DNA of 64,000 nt from a virus (taxonomy: Duplodnaviria; Caudoviricetes). A program made the position numbers and the translations under genes. The stretch covers positions 7,161 through 71,160 of the IMG/VR virus record IMGVR_UViG_2765235901_000002. One strand, given 5' to 3'. Below are positions 46,436-56,181 of this stretch, piece after piece. The notes below the pieces were generated by a model. The model was not told where the DNA came from. It worked only from the letters and a program-made list of their open reading frames with translations, and did not search any database. Position 1 is the first letter of the stretch; every line of letters starts with the position of its first letter.

Positions 46436-47227
46436 ATGAACGCCGAAACACTAGCTCGTGCAATGGACTTCCGTGTATCGAACGAACGCTACGAGGAATT
46501 GGTCCCAGCATGGAACCTTGCTCTCATTGAAGCCGACTGCACCTCCGTCGACAGGGTCGCAATGTTTGTGGCGCAAATCGGCCACGAGTCGGGCGGGCTC
46601 CTGCACATGCAAGAGATTGCGTCCGGGTCCGCATACGAGGGCCGAACAGACCTCGGCAACACGCAGCCGGGCGACGGTAAGCGATTCAAGGGCCACGGTC
46701 CGATTCAGATCACCGGGCGCTACAACCACACGAAAGTGTCGGAGTGGGCGTACTCGAAGGGCTTCGTTCCGACGCCGACATTCTTCGTCGACGACCCGAA
46801 CGCCCTGGCGGGTGATGAGTTCGGGTTCCTCGGTGCCGTCTGGTACTGGACGGTGGCCCGCAACATGAATGGGTTCGCCGACCGCCAGGACCTGCTCGGC
46901 GCGACGAAGGCTGTCAACGGCGGCACCAACGGTCTCGACGACCGCCGCAAGTTCTACTACCGCGCGCTCGCACTCGGCGACGCGTTACTTCCTCAGGAGG
47001 ATGACATGGCAAACGCTGCAGATGTTCAGGAGCAGTTACTCGGCCCCGACGGCAAGGGCTGGCCGCAACTCGGAGACGAGTTCAACGGGAACAAGGGCCG
47101 CAGTCTCGTCGACGGCATCGCCCGTCTGATCCAGATCGGGAACTTCGCGGTCGAGCAGAACGATCGTATCGAGAAGGCGCTTGCTCGTATCGAAGCGAAG
47201 ATCGGGACCCAGCCGGAGGTCAAGTGA
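46436..47227 (+). CDS. lysin A, GH19 glycoside hydrolase domain
   Basis: AQIGHESGG, FKGHGPIQITGRYN, VNGGTNGLDDR, C-terminal GPDGKGWPQLG. Confidence 0.92.
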   Translation: MNAETLARAMDFRVSNERYEELVPAWNLALIEADCTSVDRVAMFVAQIGHESGGLLHMQEIASGSAYEGRTDLGNTQPGDGKRFKGHGPIQITGRYNHTKVSEWAYSKGFVPTPTFFVDDPNALAGDEFGFLGAVWYWTVARNMNGFADRQDLLGATKAVNGGTNGLDDRRKFYYRALALGDALLPQEDDMANAADVQEQLLGPDGKGWPQLGDEFNGNKGRSLVDGIARLIQIGNFAVEQNDRIEKALARIEAKIGTQPEVK

Positions 47228-47709
47228 TGGCCGACAACACCGCCATTGGCATCCTCACCCGGGAGATCACCAGCAAGGTGACCGCCGAGCTCACTGCACG
47301 ATTCGAAGGCGCTGTCTCCCAGTTCAATGCGGAGGTGGTGTCCGCCCAGACGCGTGCCGATGAACTATTTGATCGGCTCGAAGCCGAGGGGCAGCGCAGG
47401 ATGAACGAGCTATTCGCAAACATCCCGGTTGCGGCAGTCATCACCGAGGACGGCGATTTCGATCCGATCGGGTGGATCAAGTCCCAGGCCAAGTCGCGCG
47501 CCTGGCGAACACTCCTTCAAGGGCTGTTCGCTGTCGTCCTGGTGGCAGCTGGCAACGTCGTGACCCAGTCGATCGCCAATCCTGACTTCAACGCGTTCTC
47601 GTGGGACGACTGGAAGGTCGTCGGGGCGCTCGCCGGCACCGCCGTGCTGACAGGCCTCGTGTCGTACGTGCAGAACTCTTTCGGCATCAAGCCACCGAAG
47701 GTGCAGTAG
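47227..47709 (+). CDS. holin-like membrane protein
   Basis: RAWRTLLQG plus two TM segments; after lysin. Confidence 0.7.
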   Translation: MADNTAIGILTREITSKVTAELTARFEGAVSQFNAEVVSAQTRADELFDRLEAEGQRRMNELFANIPVAAVITEDGDFDPIGWIKSQAKSRAWRTLLQGLFAVVLVAAGNVVTQSIANPDFNAFSWDDWKVVGALAGTAVLTGLVSYVQNSFGIKPPKVQ

Positions 47710-48188
47710 TGCCGGGGCAGGGCGAAGCGGACGTGTATCTCCCGCCGTTCCGGGCCGCCGTACTCGCATTCTTCCTCGGCACCGCCTTCATCATCGGCGG
47801 ACCGGAACGCATCGCAGGCCCGTCGTACGCGACACTCCGCCAGTTCGGCGGCGAAATCATCTGGGGCATCGGCTTCCTCATGGTCGCCGTCATCCTGCTC
47901 GCCGCCTCAAAGTTCTCGGCGCGGGTCCTGTTTCACGCCTACATGGCAGCCGCCACCGGCTACGCACTGTTCGCCCTCGCCGTCCTTGACGCTGCACGCC
48001 AACTCGAGACAGGCGGCCTGACCGGCATCGTCGTCTACACCTGGGTGTCGTGGATCCACATTCTCGCAGCGGCCGCCAACAGTCACGGCCGTTTCGCGTT
48101 CGCGTTGCTCGCTCTCCATAACCGGCTACGCACTTTGCTTCGTCTCCGAGACCGAAGGGGATCCGATGCAACCACTGGTAGTCCGTAG
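47709..48188 (+). CDS. multi-pass membrane protein (lysis cassette)
   Basis: About four hydrophobic segments. Confidence 0.75.
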   Translation: MPGQGEADVYLPPFRAAVLAFFLGTAFIIGGPERIAGPSYATLRQFGGEIIWGIGFLMVAVILLAASKFSARVLFHAYMAAATGYALFALAVLDAARQLETGGLTGIVVYTWVSWIHILAAAANSHGRFAFALLALHNRLRTLLRLRDRRGSDATTGSP

Positions 48189-48642
48189 AGCAGGGTCATT
48201 CGAGAAAGTCGCCTTCGGATTGTCGACATGGATCGGGATCCTCGCTGTAGCAACACCGTTCGAGATTTCTTCGGCACTGGACAATGCATGGCCGACCGGG
48301 TCGAACTTCTACTTCGCCATCATGGGTGTCGGCGGTCTCGGCGGCCTGATAGCAACGTGGAACTCCAGCCGGTCCCGAACACCCGAGCAGATCCGGCAGG
48401 AAGTCGCCGCAGAGATCACCTCACTGTCGATCATCGGTGTCCTGTGGTTCGGGTACGGCATCGCCGCGTTCGCACTCGGTACACGGGCTATGACCGCCGG
48501 AAGCGTGGGGGTAGCCATCACAGTAGCGAGCGTCCTCCGTATCTGGAACATCGTTCGTGATCGCCGTCGAATGAACCGAGCGTTGATGGTCCCCCGTCCT
48601 GCAGATCCGCCGGCGTTGGCAGAGGGTGAGGGCGATCGATGA
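48166..48642 (+). CDS. multi-pass membrane protein (lysis cassette)
   Basis: About four hydrophobic segments. Confidence 0.75.
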   Translation: MQPLVVRRAGSFEKVAFGLSTWIGILAVATPFEISSALDNAWPTGSNFYFAIMGVGGLGGLIATWNSSRSRTPEQIRQEVAAEITSLSIIGVLWFGYGIAAFALGTRAMTAGSVGVAITVASVLRIWNIVRDRRRMNRALMVPRPADPPALAEGEGDR

Positions 48643-48974
48643 CATGGCTCGACACTGTCCTGAAGGTCTTCTCGGTGATCACCCCACTCGCAGTTGCGGT
48701 ACTCGCTGCCCAGTTGTGGATGATTTCGTCACAGAAGCGGAAGGTCAATGCGGACGCAGGGAACAGTGAAGCATCAGGTGCGGCAACCCTTTCCGCGGCC
48801 GCACTGACACTACTGTCCCCGTACAAAGACCAGGTCAACGACCTGTTGATCAAGGTCCAGAAGATGGAAGAGTTCATCGACCTGCAGGTCGATTGGGAAC
48901 TCGTTGTTGTGAAGACCTGCCGTGATGCTGGTGGGCCGATTCTTCCGGCCCCACCCGCCCGGCCGCGGTTCTGA
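48639..48974 (+). CDS. membrane protein with coiled coil (lysis cassette)
   Basis: N-terminal TM followed by a helical region. Confidence 0.7.
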   Translation: MTWLDTVLKVFSVITPLAVAVLAAQLWMISSQKRKVNADAGNSEASGAATLSAAALTLLSPYKDQVNDLLIKVQKMEEFIDLQVDWELVVVKTCRDAGGPILPAPPARPRF

Positions 48975-49035
48975 TTCTTTCCCTTGCACGGAGCGGTGGA
49001 TTTGTGCTGCCCTCCTCAACGTTGAGAGGCCTCAC

Positions 49036-50118
49036 ATGGCGTTCAATTTCACCCTGCCCGCGAAACTGAATGTGCGGCTAGCGGATCAATGGGATATCCG
49101 CAACTCGGGTCGCGGTCTCATTGAGATCGAAGCCGGGAACATGGATGTCGACGTCCTCGCCTACAAGGGCGATCCGGGTGACCCCGGCCGGGACGGCGTA
49201 GCGGTGCAGATTCACCGTGCGGAGATCCCCGCCGACATCCCACTGCTCGGGGACCTGGACGATACGTGGATCGGGCACGGGTGGAGGGTCGACGGTTCCC
49301 GTGACGTGAAGCTGTTGGTGGAGGAAACCCCCGGCGGCGCACTGAAGTTCGAGACCCTCACCAACTACTTGGGCGACAAGGGCGACACCGGTCCCCGACC
49401 GACGTTCACTGCGGGAACGGTCACTGCCGGGACGACACCCACGGATCTGAATCTGACGGTCCGGGAAATCTCCGAGGGCGCATATGCGATCGACGCTGTC
49501 CTGCCCCGCGGTAACCCGGGTGCGGCGTCGACAGTCCCGGGCCCGACTGCCTCGTTCTTCGGGGCATCCGACGGCGACGGCCTCACCGCCGCCAGTGTCG
49601 GAGATGTCCTGTACAAGAGATCATCCGGGACGATCGGTGCGAAGCCGCTGAACGTCTCACCGGGTGTGTACAAGAAGGCCGGTTCGGACGCGGACTGGCT
49701 CGCAGTGAACACCGGCAACGGGTGGACGGGCGCATACCAGACCATCACGACGATGGTGATCCCTGCACAGCCGTACGCGTACGAACCGGACGTCACCGGC
49801 TTGTGTGAGTTCTTCGTGACCACCGGTGTGCGAATGGATCTGGAGGCGCACCTCGGTGCCGTCTCCGGACCCCTGCTGGCACGAGGACCCGGTGCGTCCC
49901 TGTCGTCGTGGAACAACGAATGGATGCCGCGGCTGCTGGTGCCAGGGTCCGACGAGACCATCGCAGCCCCGACATCGTCGTCGACGATCGTCCCCGCGAA
50001 CACTGCAGCGACGATCTACCTCATCGCTGTACGGGTGGATTCATTGACGGCGGTCCGGTTCGAGTCACGTAAGACCCGCGCGTACCTGCGGGTGCGACCG
50101 GTCCCGGTCGCTGTCTGA
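49036..50118 (+). CDS. minor tail protein
   Basis: GDPGDPG/GDKGDTG collagen-like triplets; PAQPYAYEP.V.G. Confidence 0.8.
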   Translation: MAFNFTLPAKLNVRLADQWDIRNSGRGLIEIEAGNMDVDVLAYKGDPGDPGRDGVAVQIHRAEIPADIPLLGDLDDTWIGHGWRVDGSRDVKLLVEETPGGALKFETLTNYLGDKGDTGPRPTFTAGTVTAGTTPTDLNLTVREISEGAYAIDAVLPRGNPGAASTVPGPTASFFGASDGDGLTAASVGDVLYKRSSGTIGAKPLNVSPGVYKKAGSDADWLAVNTGNGWTGAYQTITTMVIPAQPYAYEPDVTGLCEFFVTTGVRMDLEAHLGAVSGPLLARGPGASLSSWNNEWMPRLLVPGSDETIAAPTSSSTIVPANTAATIYLIAVRVDSLTAVRFESRKTRAYLRVRPVPVAV

Positions 50119-52493
50119 TGGCAGAGCAGTTCCTACCCGGAAACCCGGACGTCGGGTATTCGGGGACTGATCAGGACAAGCCCGCGAAGGGCTTGAACAT
50201 GGGGTCGTCGGAGGCGTTGCGGGCGATCGGTGAAACGATCGGCGGGGACAACGGATTCGAGAATGTTCCCACTGCGGTCGGTCGTCAGTACGACGGCCAG
50301 GTCCTCACCGCTGGTCTCGCTGGGCGTATCGCGACGCTCGAGTCGAAGCTGGCGACCGGTGCCGAGTACGTGGACCTGTTCAACCGCGGCGATTCGTCCA
50401 CTCTCGGGTCGCCGCAACCGGGAACGATCCCGGCGTGGACTCAGTTCGGTGACGGCCAGAACCTCGGTATCAAGGATCAGGCGGCGCAGCTCGATACCGA
50501 TGCCCCGTTCAACCTCGTCGACGACGGCACCCGGTATGCGTTGTGCCCGACAGCTGCCACGTCGAACGACTACTCGATCGCTGCGATCGTCCACCCCGCC
50601 AGTACCGGCAAGGTGTCGACCCGAGCTCGGACGTCACTGTACGGGCGCTGCAACGCCTCCGGTACCGAAGGCGTGTATGTCGACTTCTTCGGCGGCAACT
50701 GTCAACTGGGGCGGTTCACACGCTCGGGTACGGCGATCTCCCGGTCACAGTGGGCCGCGAATCCATCGAAGTCCTATTCGGGGTCGTCGACTCCCGAATT
50801 GAGGATGAACGGAAGCCAGTATCTCGTCGTCGTCGACGGTGTCACGTTGATCGACTGGACCGATGTGTCCGGGTTCCCGGTCGACGGTAATCACCGATTC
50901 TCGATGTTCTCACTGATGGCGTGGACCGGCATCCTTTTTCAAGCACCCGAGTTCTCCAGTGGGCTGACGGGGTTCAGCGTCCGCGGGTCGAACTACACGG
51001 CCATCGAGACCGCCACGTCGATCGCAGAAGGCGCACAGACGGCCGCGGAGAACGCGGTCGGTACCGCAGTGACTCAGGCGACGGCGGCCGCGAACGAAGC
51101 AGTCCAGGTGGTGCAGAAGGAGATCATCACCAAGTTCGCGGTGTTCGACATCAAGTCGCCACGGCCTCTGCATGAGTCGTTCAATCCGACGGTGTACTCA
51201 AGCTTTCCTGAATCGCAGCTCGTGTACGGATCGGTAATTAACGCAACAAATCTCGGGTCGCACCTGCACCGGGAGAACAACCAGACGGGCGCGATCCGGA
51301 ATACCGATTCGACCAACCTCGGATCGCACACGCACACCGAGACCGTAACCCTGCCGACGGTGACTGTGACAGTTGCCGATCACCTGTTCACCTGCATCCG
51401 TGTCGAACAGGACGGCGAGCTCGAAGGCGTCTCGATCGCCGCTGTCCCGAACACCACGATTACCGGACTGTTCTTCCGGGTGTACGTAATGTCCGCAACC
51501 GGAGACATCGCCTATACCTCGCCGGAATCACCGAACCAGAAGGACAGTCTCGGTGACGGACAGGTGACCGACCCCATTGCGATCGTGTGGAACTTCGCCG
51601 ACAAGCTGCTGATGGAGGCTGGCACCATCGTGGCCGTTGGGATGCGCGTCACTGGTGCCTCGCTCGCGGTCATCGGAATGCGGAAGTACACCCGACCGCA
51701 GCTTCCCGGCTTCTACCCGAAGTGCTACACGCCGAAGATGGCACCGGGAGCGGGTGTCGCACTGCCGGATTCGGTGGCGGAAGCGAGCCTTGACTGGACC
51801 AACACCTACGTTCCGCACATCGTCATCGGCAGCAACCTGCTCGCTGGCGCGGTCCCGGTACTCGAGAAGCGGAACCACGAGGACCTGTTCGATGTCGCGG
51901 ACACGTCGGGTTTCCCGTCGATCGGTAGCAACTACTCCCAGCGGTCCACGATTCTGAGTACGTCCGGCATGTACATCAGGGACTTCGCGGTCGGCTGGTC
52001 CGGGAACGACGACGGGTCGACGTCCGCTCTGTACAAGTCCCCGATGACGACGGACAAGACGTACAGCCGAATCCATATCGGTGCCGTCGAATCCACGGTG
52101 AGACCGCCGTGGTCGCGTCTGTTGTTCCGGTGCTCGTCCGACACTGCGACCGGTCTTGCTGTCTCGTTCAAGCAGGGCACGCTCACGTTGGACCGGAAAA
52201 ATGCGGCAAGCGCCGCGATCGGCAGCTACACGACGATCGAGACCCATGCGATTACGTGGAGCGAAGGCGATTTGATCGAGGTGTGGAACGGCGAGCAGAT
52301 CGCCGACATCTTCTACCCCGGCCGAGTCGTCGTGAAGGTCAATGGTGTCACGGTCGTCGACACCACTGTGTCGGCGTCGGTGGTTCCGTACGGCATCGGA
52401 AGGCGGTACGGCGGTTTCGCGGTGCAGCGCAACAACTTCTACAACTCGTTCCGTATCCGCGATTTCAAGATCCAGGATGTCCCCGATGTGTGA
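50118..52493 (+). CDS. minor tail/receptor-binding protein
   Basis: Two beta-rich lectin-like regions; two GSHxH motifs. Confidence 0.75.
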   Translation: MAEQFLPGNPDVGYSGTDQDKPAKGLNMGSSEALRAIGETIGGDNGFENVPTAVGRQYDGQVLTAGLAGRIATLESKLATGAEYVDLFNRGDSSTLGSPQPGTIPAWTQFGDGQNLGIKDQAAQLDTDAPFNLVDDGTRYALCPTAATSNDYSIAAIVHPASTGKVSTRARTSLYGRCNASGTEGVYVDFFGGNCQLGRFTRSGTAISRSQWAANPSKSYSGSSTPELRMNGSQYLVVVDGVTLIDWTDVSGFPVDGNHRFSMFSLMAWTGILFQAPEFSSGLTGFSVRGSNYTAIETATSIAEGAQTAAENAVGTAVTQATAAANEAVQVVQKEIITKFAVFDIKSPRPLHESFNPTVYSSFPESQLVYGSVINATNLGSHLHRENNQTGAIRNTDSTNLGSHTHTETVTLPTVTVTVADHLFTCIRVEQDGELEGVSIAAVPNTTITGLFFRVYVMSATGDIAYTSPESPNQKDSLGDGQVTDPIAIVWNFADKLLMEAGTIVAVGMRVTGASLAVIGMRKYTRPQLPGFYPKCYTPKMAPGAGVALPDSVAEASLDWTNTYVPHIVIGSNLLAGAVPVLEKRNHEDLFDVADTSGFPSIGSNYSQRSTILSTSGMYIRDFAVGWSGNDDGSTSALYKSPMTTDKTYSRIHIGAVESTVRPPWSRLLFRCSSDTATGLAVSFKQGTLTLDRKNAASAAIGSYTTIETHAITWSEGDLIEVWNGEQIADIFYPGRVVVKVNGVTVVDTTVSASVVPYGIGRRYGGFAVQRNNFYNSFRIRDFKIQDVPDV

Positions 52494-52557
52494 CCGGACC
52501 GGAGTCGGTACGCACCGAAGTCCTACCCATGATCTACCAGGCCAGGAAGGATAAGCC

Positions 52558-53505
52558 ATGGCTTTGGGATTCACCACTGTCCGCGTCAACATCGGCGCAC
52601 TCATCATCGACGGGATGGACACCGACGACGTTTTCGACGACGTCCCTGTCTCGGGGACGATGATCCTCAAACCTCGCATGGAAACCTCCAGACCCTTGCA
52701 GGTCGATGATGCCGGCGTCATGAAGATCAAAGCGATCACGGAGATGGCCGTCGATATCGGGTTGACGGGCGACATCAGTCACCGCAACCGCGACTATGTG
52801 ACCGTCCCCGCCCCCACCTCGGCTACGTCGAATGTCGCGCAGTTGCAGTGGGAGGCATCGTTCCCGTCACTGAAGTACGGGCTGAAAGCTGTCACTGTTC
52901 CCCCGATCTACTTCTGGGCGGAACCGGGCGCGTCGATCAACCTCGCTGATTTCGTGAACGTCGCTCCGGTGTCGACGGCGGTGCAGATTTCTCGTGGCCT
53001 CCGCGGCTACGCGGTCGGTGACGCACTCGTCGAGGGCAGCGAGTTGGTGTTCCTGTCGGAGGCACCGGGGGAGCCGGAGATCGCGCGCGTCCCTCTGCCG
53101 TCGGGTGGCGGTGTCGCTGATGGGGGCGTGACGACAGCCAAGCTCGCGGCGGATGCGGTCACGTCGGACAAGATCGCGTCCGGTGCGGTGAACGGTCCCG
53201 AGCTCGGTCAGGATGCGGTCACCGCTTCGAAGATCGCCAACGACGCCGTGGCTCGGGCGAAGCTCTCGGAGGAAGTCCGGACCGAGCTCGACGGGAAACT
53301 GTCCGCAACGGTTGCTGCAAATAGTTATGCCCCCCTTTTTCAGCCGCTGACTCCGTACCTCGCGGGCGCAGTCGCGGTCCTCCCGGCACCGACCAACGCA
53401 CTCGGCACACGCATCGCGGACGGCACCAGTCGCGCCGCGTACGACGCCACCGAACAGGCCCTCTGGGCAACCGCCACCGGCGGCTACGACGGGGGGACCA
53501 TCTGA
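52558..53505 (+). CDS. tail fibre/adapter protein
   Basis: 10-aa repeats (AVTSDKIASG, AVTASKIAND); ends YDGGTI. Confidence 0.75.
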   Translation: MALGFTTVRVNIGALIIDGMDTDDVFDDVPVSGTMILKPRMETSRPLQVDDAGVMKIKAITEMAVDIGLTGDISHRNRDYVTVPAPTSATSNVAQLQWEASFPSLKYGLKAVTVPPIYFWAEPGASINLADFVNVAPVSTAVQISRGLRGYAVGDALVEGSELVFLSEAPGEPEIARVPLPSGGGVADGGVTTAKLAADAVTSDKIASGAVNGPELGQDAVTASKIANDAVARAKLSEEVRTELDGKLSATVAANSYAPLFQPLTPYLAGAVAVLPAPTNALGTRIADGTSRAAYDATEQALWATATGGYDGGTI

Positions 53506-56174
53506 TGGCACGAGGAACCGGAATCCGGCCATGGAAGCGCGGCACCGAAGCAGCCCGCGCAGCGTCGACGACGGTAGTTCCCAACGGCGACGTTGTGGTG
53601 ACCGACGACGGCGGACTGTTCGCGGGCGACGGCACCACCCAGCTCAAGGATCTGCCCCGGCATGCGCGCGTCACCGACATCGACTCCCGTACCGCGACGT
53701 TCCCGGTGGAATCGTTCGGCAATCCCGACACCGACTACTCGGCATCGCTACTCGCCGCGATCACGGCGTCGCAGGCCAACAATGGCATCGTCACCCACCG
53801 GCCGGGCAAGAGCTACACCGCCCGGTCGACAGTCCCTTGGACAGGGCCGGTACGCATCGACTGGCGCGGCGCGAAGATCACCCGCTCTGCCGACGCCCCC
53901 AACTCGCCTGTCCTCGATATCTATCACCCGGTCTCGACGCCACAGGCGGTCGTTGCGATCACGCAGGCGAACCGAGTCTGGCCAGGCAGCACCGATGCAA
54001 CACTGGTCTCCCGCATCGAGGTCGCTTCGGTGGCCGGATGGACGGTCGGAGACTGGGGCGTCATCGTCGGAGACGACACCATCCCCGGTGGTAGCCCTGC
54101 TCGCGCGCAGCGGGAGGGCGAACGCTTCCGCGTCGCAGCGATCGACGGCAATTTACTGTGCCTGTCTCGACTCGTGCGGGTCACCTTGACGACGGCGATT
54201 CGGGTGGCGCGGATGACCGAGCGTGAAGTGAGGTTGATCGACCCGTACTTCACGGACGATCCCGCTTCGCCGACGACCCGCACGGCACCGATGATTCAGA
54301 TCCGCACCGCTGTGCGCCCACGTGTGTACCGACCGAGGTTCGAGAACCTGATGTCGGAGGGTCTGCGGTACGTGGCGTGCGTTGAGAACGAGACGCATCA
54401 CGAGCAGGCCGACAAGTTGCGGACGTCCTTGACCGCGGGTGCGTGGGGTTACGGCGTGCGGGACATGTCCTGCAACGACTCCCTCCACGTCGGCCTGCGG
54501 GGCTCTGATCTTCGCCACGTCTACACCTCGGGTGCGTACGAGTCGACCGCAGCAGGATCGCCGGACACCTGGCGGTTCGGGTCCACGATCGGTGCCCGCA
54601 TTGTCAACGGCAGCGCAGGCGAGGTCGGGCACGCAGCATTCGACCTCCACGAGGAAGCTGCATACTGCCTGTTCGACAAATGCAGTGTCGCGTTCAACCA
54701 CAAGGAACCGGACGGCTCACAGTTCGCATTCCAGCTCCGCGGCCGCGACAACATCATCCGGGACTGCACCAGCATCGGACCCGGCGCTGTGTCGATCCGA
54801 GGCTTCGACGGCGGCGGACGGCACCAGATCATCGGTCACGTCCACACCGTGCCGCGTGGACTGTCGACAGCCAGCGCATTCCGCATCGCCTACACCGACA
54901 TGACCGCTCGCGGTGCAGCGGAACTGTCCGCCACCGTCATCGCGCCGGCCTTCGCTGGGACTGCGGTGGCGCTGCTCGCCCGCAAGGCGGTCATCCGCAT
55001 TCCGTCGCTGGTCGTCCGCACCGACAGCGCGCAAGCGATACACCGACTCACCGACATCGCAGACTCGGCGCTGCTTGTCGACGAGATGGTCGTCGACCTC
55101 CGAGGCAGCACCGGTGAGACCCGGATCTTCTCGCTGATCGACTCGCTGTCCTCGGTGCGCGTGAACCGGCTTGTCGTCCTCGCGGGCGGCGCAGCGTGGC
55201 GGGTGGCGGATCTGGCGACACTGAACGGCACGGTTACCGTTGCTCGCATCGAGACCGACACAGCACCTGCCGGGGGCGGGTTCGCCGATGTCGGCGCGAC
55301 GGCGGTCACGTCCATCGGGGAGATCGTCGTCGATCAGGCATCGAATCTCACGGCTGCGGCGGTGGTCGGTGATACCGATCTTGCACCGTCTGCGGTCGGT
55401 CCGGCTCGGCACATCCTGACGGCACCACTGACAGCGGATCGGACGGTGACCGAACCGACAGCAGCGGCGCAGGGTCGGTCGATCACCTACACCCGAACCG
55501 CGGCCGCCACAGGCCGCTACCGGTGGATCGTCGGCTCGGAGTCCGTCGATACCGGCGGGTGGATCACTCGGACCTGGACGGGCACCGCGTGGACGACGAC
55601 AGCGCGTGGACGGACCGAGCCGAGTGCAGTGGCGGCACCTATCCCTGCGGCGGGTTCGTACGCCTTCACTGCCGTCAGTGGCACCTCGACCAGCTCGGCG
55701 TCACCGAATCAGCAGGTCCGCGCGCAGCCGTGGTTGCTGGACCGATCGGTCACCATTGATCGCATCGGAGTGGAAGTCACGGTGGCGGGCGGTGCCGGGA
55801 CGAAGTGGCGGCTGGGGATCTACGCCGACAACGGCAATGGATACCCCGGCGCGCTGGTCCTCGACGCAGACGCGGTCGCAGGTGATGTGGTCGGCATGAT
55901 CGAGAAGACGATCACCGCGCTTCGGCTCCCCGCTGGATTGTGGTGGGTTGCTGCGGTGATGCAGGACGCAGCGACCACGCCGCCGACTGTGCGCGTCCTC
56001 AATGCGTGGTCGCCACCGGTGATGATGACGTTGGGCACAGCGCTCCCCGCGAACGGTTCGGTCGGTGCCGCCGGGTTCACTCAGTCGAATGTGTCGGCGG
56101 CTCTGCCGGACACGTTCTCGACCTCGGTGTTCACGACGTCACTCGTGCCTCGGGTGTTCGTCCGCACCGCCTGA
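53505..56174 (+). CDS. tailspike-like protein with probable right-handed beta-helix
   Basis: N-terminal G...FAGDGTT...DLP anchor, pectate-lyase-like central region, C-terminal beta domain. Confidence 0.7.
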   Translation: MARGTGIRPWKRGTEAARAASTTVVPNGDVVVTDDGGLFAGDGTTQLKDLPRHARVTDIDSRTATFPVESFGNPDTDYSASLLAAITASQANNGIVTHRPGKSYTARSTVPWTGPVRIDWRGAKITRSADAPNSPVLDIYHPVSTPQAVVAITQANRVWPGSTDATLVSRIEVASVAGWTVGDWGVIVGDDTIPGGSPARAQREGERFRVAAIDGNLLCLSRLVRVTLTTAIRVARMTEREVRLIDPYFTDDPASPTTRTAPMIQIRTAVRPRVYRPRFENLMSEGLRYVACVENETHHEQADKLRTSLTAGAWGYGVRDMSCNDSLHVGLRGSDLRHVYTSGAYESTAAGSPDTWRFGSTIGARIVNGSAGEVGHAAFDLHEEAAYCLFDKCSVAFNHKEPDGSQFAFQLRGRDNIIRDCTSIGPGAVSIRGFDGGGRHQIIGHVHTVPRGLSTASAFRIAYTDMTARGAAELSATVIAPAFAGTAVALLARKAVIRIPSLVVRTDSAQAIHRLTDIADSALLVDEMVVDLRGSTGETRIFSLIDSLSSVRVNRLVVLAGGAAWRVADLATLNGTVTVARIETDTAPAGGGFADVGATAVTSIGEIVVDQASNLTAAAVVGDTDLAPSAVGPARHILTAPLTADRTVTEPTAAAQGRSITYTRTAAATGRYRWIVGSESVDTGGWITRTWTGTAWTTTARGRTEPSAVAAPIPAAGSYAFTAVSGTSTSSASPNQQVRAQPWLLDRSVTIDRIGVEVTVAGGAGTKWRLGIYADNGNGYPGALVLDADAVAGDVVGMIEKTITALRLPAGLWWVAAVMQDAATTPPTVRVLNAWSPPVMMTLGTALPANGSVGAAGFTQSNVSAALPDTFSTSVFTTSLVPRVFVRTA

Positions 56175-56181
56175 TCCGAGA

